A stretch of DNA of 55,541 bases, counting the filler, from Sluysia triapertura (lineage: Eukaryota), in the NCBI GenBank assembly GCA_046118255.1. It is 4 parts of 4 records of this genome, joined end to end, with 100 filler letters (N's around TTAATTAATTAA, not from the genome) between each part and the next. Parts side by side here need not be neighbours in the genome. Positions count along the whole stretch, not along the records: positions 30,114 to 42,841 come from JBJNIA010086026.1; positions 42,942 to 55,541 come from JBJNIA010095665.1; 2 more parts are not named here. One strand, 5' to 3'. The notes beneath the pieces are model-generated. The model was given only the letters and a program-made list of their open reading frames with translations, had not been told where the DNA came from and ran no database searches. This document shows positions 39,764-55,541 of this stretch, piece after piece. A program made the position numbers and the translations under genes. Positions within the stretch are counted from its first letter, which is position 1. Each line of letters opens with the position of its first letter.

Positions 39764-40046
39764 TATTTAAAAGCCACTTGAAATATTTGAAATACGTATT
39801 CGGATTATTTCATAAAATTTATGCTTTTATTTTGTTTTTAAAAAAATAATTAGAAAATAAAAAATTACACTTTTTAACACACTATTGTTTCCCTATTTCA
39901 CCGTATTAAAACTAATGCCAGAGATAGAAAGTTAAAACTAATTGATATATTTATGTATTCATTATGGTGGCGTCATCAGCTATTGAAGTATTAATTAAAA
40001 TATAACTGTAGATCTACTTCTGTGTTTATTGAACTTGCTCTTTCAG

Positions 40047-40053
40047 TATAAAT
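40047..40053 (+). promoter_or_regulatory. Candidate TATA box of the M8 peptidase gene
   Basis: TATAAAT about 44 nt upstream of ATG 40091, with an initiator-like TCATT at 40074. Confidence 0.35.
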
Positions 40054-40090
40054 ATACAAATTAAATTTCAAACTCATTCAAGATATACAA

Positions 40091-41098
40091 ATGCTTACCT
40101 TTGTCATTTTCTGCTTAATAGCGTCTTATATCAATGTTTCTTATCAATGGGAACAACATGTAGGCCAACCTTACACTTGTACCCATCAATTTCTTAAATC
40201 AGACGATGTAACAAAATTAATATCCGAATAATGAATTTTCTGTTATTTCTAGATGATTATCGGAGTTCAAATAGATTCTATGTCAAATCATCTTATTCCT
40301 GGCCGTACATCAGATGAATTTCGAATATATTATCATTACGGGTATTCGATACGTAGCGCAAGCAATTTTGAATATATTAAAGTAGTAACTTTTACAATTA
40401 AGTTTCATTGTTAACGTAAACATTAAGACGAAGATAATAGAACCTGTTGACACAAAACTAAAACATTCAATCAAACCGAAGTGGGCAGTAAGAGGAAATT
40501 TAAGAATTAGTCGGTTAGTTGAAACAGCTAAATTTGTTTCTAATATCTTTGCAAAATATAAGTATCATTAATTTAAAATATTTCAATAAAAACATTCATT
40601 TAAAATTGTTGTCGTCCTTAAACAGATAAAATTCGTTAGTAATCATTATTTTTTTTTGAATTAAAAGTATCACCTATCATTTTAGAATAAATGATAAAAT
40701 CACAATTTTTAATATTAAAACAAAAATATAAAATATAACAATTTTTAAATTATTTTGCGATGTAATTGATTTTTATAATAATTCAAGAAAATGTTTACTG
40801 AATAAATATACTGTAAGTAAAAATGGTGAAATCGGTTGTGCTTATGGTTGTTATGAAGAAACAACTTGTCTAGGTATAGTGGTGCCAGAACAATTTTTAA
40901 AGGTTTGTTTTAGTATTAAATGAATTTGTCAATTCAGAAATGTAATTATGTTAAATCCGATGGTAAACATTCACCATATGGTGCTGAAGGAATGGGCATT
41001 CAAAATCATGATTTAATTATTTTGGTAGAACAAAAACTATGTGCCAGCAATCTTCTGGTGTACGGTTCAGCATGTGCTTTAGAAAATTTAACTGATCG
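40091..41098 (+). CDS. Leishmanolysin-like (invadolysin, peptidase M8) secreted metalloprotease, 5' five exons; catalytic HExxH exon not found before the contig end
   Basis: Phase-consistent exons 40091-40207, 40253-40381, 40428-40513, 40788-40902, 40938-41098. Signal peptide MLTFVIFCLIASYINVSY; pro-region YTCTH; FRIYYHY; LRISR|KCLLNKY...CAYGCYEETTCLGIVVPEQFLK|KC...GMGIQNHDLIILV...CASNLLVYGSACALENLTDR matches the M8 pattern GxxxxDxxxxV..C..AYA..C..E...DRP. Confidence 0.82.
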
Positions 41099-41247
41099 GT
41101 AAGTGGATTTGTTGTTTGTTTTGCTTATTTTTAAATTTATTTTCTCAATTTTTAATTAATTACTATCTCAGTTTAGATTATTTTTCTATATTCTGAAGTA
41201 TTACAATGAATGTGTTTAACTTTGATTATGAGTAAGCAAAAATGTTT

Positions 41248-41340
41248 TGTTGGGGTACATGCCTAAAGTGTCATTTAGAATAATGATAGTATAATTGACT
41301 ATAATAAAATTGGTAGAAGGGCTGATAGCTCAGTGACCAG
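41248..41340 (+). mobile_element. 3'-truncated third copy of the tRNA-containing repeat
   Basis: tgttggggtacatgcctaaagtgtcatttagaataatgat...gggctgatagctcagtg, homologous to 31883-31975. Confidence 0.7.
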
Positions 41341-41482
41341 AATTCAAAAACAATGATGAATTATTAAGCAAAATGTACTTTTATATATTTTGTTTTTATT
41401 TTTTATAATTATTTAACATACGAAAGGGACTTAAGGAACGATGTTAAACACTCTGGAATTATGGCATTGAACGAGAATGATA

Positions 41483-41760
41483 CAGGGTGGCCCAACGGAT
41501 ACTCAATCACTAATTTTTTGAAAAAGTGAAAGTTTAGAATTTAAGGAAGACAAAAATACGAAAAGAAAAATTTTTTAGAGTCAAATTATGTATCAATCAA
41601 TAGAGCTTTATTACAACATAAAACTTGTTTATAAAACTAATAACTAGCAAACATCTTATTTAACAAAAATTCATTGAAAATCAATAATAGTTCAATAATT
41701 TCTGGTTGGATTTTCTGTCCAATTCATTAAACTCATTAAATGCATATCTTGATATCCAGG
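41483..41760 (-). mobile_element. Possible Tc1/mariner remnant
   Basis: TA|CAGGGTG terminus at 41481-41489; no partner end found. Confidence 0.25.
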
Positions 41761-42841
41761 ATTGATATCGGGGGAGAGTGGAGACTAAGTTAGAAGTTAT
41801 AGAATTATGTTAGTTTCAGGTATATAATAATATTGAACAGCACAAAGCAAAAAGTTGTACGAAATATCTTGTATTGTATAATATTGCTTACTTCGAACGT
41901 AAATGGTTTGCATAAAGAATGTAAAAAGGCCTAAGAATGTTGATTATGATTAAGAATTTGTTAGATATTTAAAGAGTTATGGGATATTTATGTGAGCCAT
42001 CGCATATATGCTGATAACAAAGATCACAATAAAAAATATCATACAAAATGCTCGCTACACAATTTCTACAAAATGTGATTTGAAATAAAACACAAAATTA
42101 TTAACGAATAGTTCGATATTTTTATATGTATCGATTACTAAAAATAGTAAAAAATAAATTATCAAAAATGAGTTCTTCAATTTAACTGATAAATTGTCTC
42201 AACAATGAATCTAAAAAAAGCCTCTCGACCTTCAATAAAAATTGAATACTGTCATGATCATTATAGTCATCCGAGTTACTTGGCTGTAGTATATGTTCTT
42301 CAAATATATATACTTCTTTAAATCAGGCATTAGATTCTCACTGATTATAGAAAATTGAATCAATGATGGTGATGATGCTTTAGCAATTTTCTGTAAGCAT
42401 ATCGAGGCAAAAATCGAGAAAATTCCAAATTTCAGTAAATGTAGTTAAATATTTTAATATATTTCCTGCAAATTAGCTTAAATATTGAATAAGATTGATA
42501 TACTTCATCTTTGATTGTATTATCAACATAATATTACATATAACATGGTTAATGCAACACTTTATTTCATTATTATCATATTATTTACATGAATATTCTG
42601 TTACAATATTACGTATATTGTATTAACTCTTGAAATCAAAATGTTCTTTTTATTAAAATAATTTATAAATTATTCAAAAAACAGTAACAATTTTTAAAAT
42701 TTATCGTAAACGTTTTAAATTAATTAATTCATTTACGTTGTTCAAATGAAATGTTTATTGGCAACCACTTCGAATTTCGTCGGGTTGGCGAACAGAGAAG
42801 AGTCGCTGCATGGAATTTGATAGAATACTATCGTTAATTAT

Positions 42842-42941
42842 NNNNNNNNNNNNNNNNNNNNNNNNNNNNNNNNNNNNNNNNNNNNTTAATTAATTAANNN
42901 NNNNNNNNNNNNNNNNNNNNNNNNNNNNNNNNNNNNNNNNN
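42842..42941. other. Artificial contig-join spacer
   Basis: 44N + TTAATTAATTAA + 44N. Confidence 0.97.
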
Positions 42942-42974
<33 letters not shown>

Positions 42975-43657
42975 TGATGATGATGATGATGATGATGATA
43001 ATGATAATAATGATAGTAATAATGATGAATATGATGATGATGATGATACTAATAATAAAATTATATTTATTATATTTACATTTTATCTTCAATATTGTTG
43101 ATAGATATTGTGGAAGATATTGAAGATTTGAAAAATTGGATCCAAGAGACTTATAGAAGTAATATTTTTGTTTCTTTAATAAATAATTAAATAAATATTT
43201 TTCTGTAAATTAATTTTATAATTAATACATAATTAGAAAGAATTTGTTGTAAACAATAATAAATTGCAGATACAAAGATATCCATCCCATTTAAACTTCA
43301 AATTCAATTACAATAATCATCGTTTCATAAATCGCAGGCAATTACAAATAAAATGTACCGTTTTTATTGTAATTTTTTAATGAAATTTATCACAAGACGA
43401 TGGATCTTTGTTTTCTATGTTTAATACTGTGTTTCTAGGAGCTAATAAATAAATTCGGACAGAAAGCGACGAATTACGACATATTTTTTAATTTGCGCGT
43501 GGTGCAGAATCAATGAAATGCAGCATCAATTTTATTCAGTGCAACATTTGATATTTTTAGGAATTAAGAAATTGAATTGAATAATGGTGTTTTCTGTGTT
43601 ATAAATTTTAAATTTATTTTGTACAGCATCAACTTATGTTTTATTGAATTTATTTAA

Positions 43658-43851
43658 CCCTTTCGTTGCGTAACACGTTTTGAAATTTTACAAAATGTCA
43701 AATATGCAGGGCAGCACACACTCGTAGGTTTCCATCCGTATGCAATGTATGGCGTAAATAGTGATGTTGAGCAGGAAACCATTTTAAAACATGATGCGAA
43801 AATACTCTTGCTTGGAGCGTATGAGAGTATACGTGTAGAGCAGCGAAAGGG
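43658..43851. mobile_element. piggyBac-type MITE (194 bp)
   Basis: TTAA target duplications at 43654-43657 and 43852-43855; terminal inverted repeats CCCTTTCGTTGCGTAACACGT / ACGTGTAGAGCAGCGAAAGGG (17/21 match). Confidence 0.88.
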
Positions 43852-45335
43852 TTAACCAATTCAGTGGAATTAAATCAGCATTGTCAATATTACTTAATTT
43901 AGTTCGATATTTGTTAACCGCTTGACAGCTTCGTCCGAACCTCACTCGACCGTGACATTTTCCCATACACTGATGATCCCGAGTCTCGTTCGAGCAAGTT
44001 TTATTTTAACTTGTAGATACTAAAACTACTTATTGAGTAAATTTATTTTAATTAATTAATTGTATTGATAAATGTAGTCAAATAAAAGCAACAAAAAAGT
44101 GACACTTGTTTTTACCCATTTTCTCCAAAACATTCGACTGTTAAGTGGCTATATCTTACTTTTAGGAAAAAATTTTGATTTGATACTTGGAATATATGCC
44201 AAAAAACTGCACATTTGGAAATGAAGCGATAGATTGATAAGTAACAGTTGTAAGTACTCGTCCCTCTCTTAAGTCCACGAATCGGGTACTAATATCCGTC
44301 CCGCTCATAATGCGTTAATATGGACATGATGAACTTTAAGAGTAAAGTGTAAGTGGTGTACGAATTGTATAAGAGGATATTTCTTTAATAAACGTAGTTT
44401 AGAATACAGGCAAGTAGAGTTATATTTAAAATTAGCACTTACATTTCTGCCATATGTTACCCAACACATTTTTGAGTCTAAATGTGTGACGTCTAACAGT
44501 GAATAATAATAATAATAATAATATTAATAATTTTAGCATTGTTAAATTTATAAGTTAATTAATAAATGACGTTATTAAGTATGAAGTGTATTTAAGGATA
44601 ATTATAGAATTAGGAATCATAGAGAATGAGATTGAATGTAGGATGACCTGAGCCTATATTAATGTCAGAGTGCCTTTGTTCTGCATTAAGTACTTTTGTA
44701 AAGGTTGTTAGACAGAAAGCCTTATTAATATTTATAGATAATTTATAAATAAGCCTTATTAAGATTATATTATTATAGAAGGTGTTAAATTTGTCTGTTT
44801 CATCTTTTATAGAATTTACTGTCAAGAAATGAGCAGTTATATTAACATCACTCTGTACTTTACCTTTTGATCATACCTGTTATTTGATATTTAATTTCAT
44901 TAAAATTAACTTTACTATAAAGGGACGTTGGCTTACCCCTTTAGATATATATATCAATTGGAGATAATATTGACTCGATATTTGGCAACAACTTTCTTTT
45001 CGATATATCATTCAAATGACACGTTTCATTAAATAACTTGGTTCATTATATCGTTTTAGACGTTATGAAGATCAAATTTATTGTTGGTTTTATCATAATT
45101 ATCAAGGTAATTAAAATCATCTTTATTGTCACCTTTTGGGTCGGCCTTGCTGCCAAGTATTATTTTTGATAAGTCCAACTTTTGATCTTTTCTTTTTATT
45201 AATTTTCAATTTGACAAGCACTATCATGTTGTTTTGAACATTTGAATGATGATTGGATAAATATTATTCAATCAAATTTACTACTATGTCGTTACTGTTT
45301 ATATCACTATTGCTGATGCATTTATTATTGTGTAA

Positions 45336-45384
<49 letters not shown>

Positions 45385-45819
45385 ATTATAATTATATCTT
45401 TAAGTAGAAATCTTCTGAAATTCTTTATCTTCTTTAAATTTCTTTAAAAATTACTTTTTACCGTACACGATCTTGGCAAATACGAATTTCCTTATAAATT
45501 TTTGATAATTTGGAAATATTAGAAGTTTTTTTAAAAAGTTATTTTCCTTCAATGAAGATAAAAACCAAGTATCAATTATTTATTATTTATCGAGAATGTC
45601 AGATTCCGTTCCAGCTGCAAGAACAATTTCATTCTGAACAACTTTCGGGTCCTCTCCAAAGTTTAGTTTCTCGAAAGCACCGATGAATTCTCTAAAATTT
45701 TTCATAAGTAGGGTGGATAAATGGTAGAAGGTGGGGAAATAAGAAATTGAGAATACTTCTTTTTAACAAAGGCGGGTGTGGAAATAAAAGAATAATGGAT
45801 ATTAATTAATTATAAAATA

Positions 45820-46577
45820 TTACCTCCGTTCAAAATTGATTGTCTCATACGTTTTCTATACAGTATATATTAACATCAATTTCAATTTATTTATGAAAAT
45901 ATTTTATTACAAATTATATTATTACATATCTCGTAATACATTGTGAGCAGTTTCAATTGATTCTAAATTGCATGTTAATGTTTCTGGAAGTTTATCCTTT
46001 CTTCACAATGCTTCTTACCTAATATGTGCTGTTACTGTTCCCTCTAGCTAACATTAAATTTTCGAACACTTTTTGAAGGATATTTTCTGCTTTTTCGACA
46101 GTATGATTCTCCCAAGCAAGTTGCTAGTGCTAAAATTATGTTTTGAAGTACTTATGACCAGAATTTTCTTTAATTCTCGAACTGACATTATCAAATTTTA
46201 TGCCATTGAATGTCGCCAAAATTCGTGAAATTATTTTCGGGGACTTTTTAAATTCTCCAGCAACATCTTTAATTGTTTCTTTTGGCAATTTCTTATTGTC
46301 ACCAGAAGTGTTTGCAGGACGGCATTTCTCTCCTTGTCACTTAAATTTCTGTACTTTACTCCAGAATGTGTTTGATTTATTCATGATTTAAAATTATCTG
46401 GACTGAAAAGAATTACACAGCCAAATATTACAAATTTCAGAAATTGCTCGTTATATTTATAAACTGAACAAACACTTCCCCAAAAAATTATTTTATTATT
46501 TTATGATTCTCTTTTGTTCATAAACAAATGACTTATTGTGTTAAGTCAATGAGACAATCATTTTTGAACAGAGATTG
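45820..46577 (-). mobile_element. Internally deleted mariner-like transposon of the DD39D (Stowaway-partner) type
   Basis: TIRs ttacctccgttcaaaattgattgtctcat / atgagacaatcatttttgaacagagattg (Stowaway-like CTCCCTCCGT; TA on the left). Minus strand reads NLSDKERNAVLQTLL..KLPKETIKDVAGEFKKSPKIISRIL..VSSRIKENSGHK joined to QLAWENHTVEKAENILQKVFENLMLARGN..KLPETLTC. Catalytic domain missing. Confidence 0.75.
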
Positions 46578-46662
46578 TGTTTATTGATAAGAGAAAATAA
46601 ATATTTAAATTATATCAAATGCTGGTAACTTGATAATCAATTATCACATCATTCCTATTTAG

Positions 46663-55379
<8,717 letters not shown>

Positions 55380-55469
55380 GTAAGACTTTTAAGTTACTAT
55401 ATTTATTAAAATAAAAACATTATGAATACATACGCATAGCATTTTTCACTAAGGTTAGAAATAGATTAA

Positions 55470-55541
55470 CTCGTTCGCTACCAGCCGGCACATATGTGTG
55501 CCACTGTAATTCGTTACCAGAGACCAGCGGCACATATATGT
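55470..55541. mobile_element. Left end of a probable TTAA-type (piggyBac-like) element, cut by the window end
   Basis: TTAA|CTCGTTCGCTACCAG followed by repeated palindromic ggcacatatgtgtgcc / cggcacatatatgt subterminal motifs and an abrupt rise in GC. Confidence 0.5.

Noticed and set aside
43105-43520. Possible small exons (DIVEDIEDLKNWIQETYR; IQRYPSHLNF...; ELINKFGQKATNYDIFFNLRVVQNQ*)
   Set aside because: Splice phases are inconsistent and I recognise no homology; unresolved without RNA data.
43969-44000. Hammerhead ribozyme core (CTGATGA); also reverse-strand CTGATGA near 4978, 39974 and 48137
   Set aside because: No stem II followed by GAAA, and no closing stems.

Overview
Very AT-rich eukaryotic (invertebrate metazoan) genomic DNA with spliceosomal introns as short as 35-46 bp. 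The window is four contigs joined by artificial 100-nt spacers (44N + TTAATTAATTAA + 44N), so adjacency across 15448-15547, 30014-30113 and 42842-42941 means nothing biologically. Host genes, reconstructed by hand from GT-AG exons with consistent phases: (1) the 3' half of a SRCAP/domino/SWR1-family chromatin remodeller (+, 6099-11054); (2) a Gln/Pro/Ser-rich internal exon of an unidentified gene (-, 13783-14373); (3) the 5' five exons of a secreted leishmanolysin/invadolysin (M8) metallopeptidase (+, 40091-41098); (4) nine exons of a large VWD-C8-TIL protein of the vWF/gel-forming mucin/hemolectin type (+, 46663-55379). The rest is mostly mobile DNA: a decayed L2/CR1-type LINE, a NeSL/Utopia-type RLE retrotransposon fragment, piggyBac-type and hAT-type MITEs, and a DD39D/Stowaway-type mariner derivative. 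The most unusual content is a repeat family present four times on two contigs. It carries a dead gene resembling the Polinton/adintovirus minor capsid (penton) next to a collagen-like Gly-X-Y remnant, and stop codons are shared between copies. One copy holds a TG...CA-bounded element with an internal tRNA-like sequence, and that tRNA-like sequence is split by the NeSL-type retrotransposon. All family assignments come from motif recognition by eye; no database search was run.
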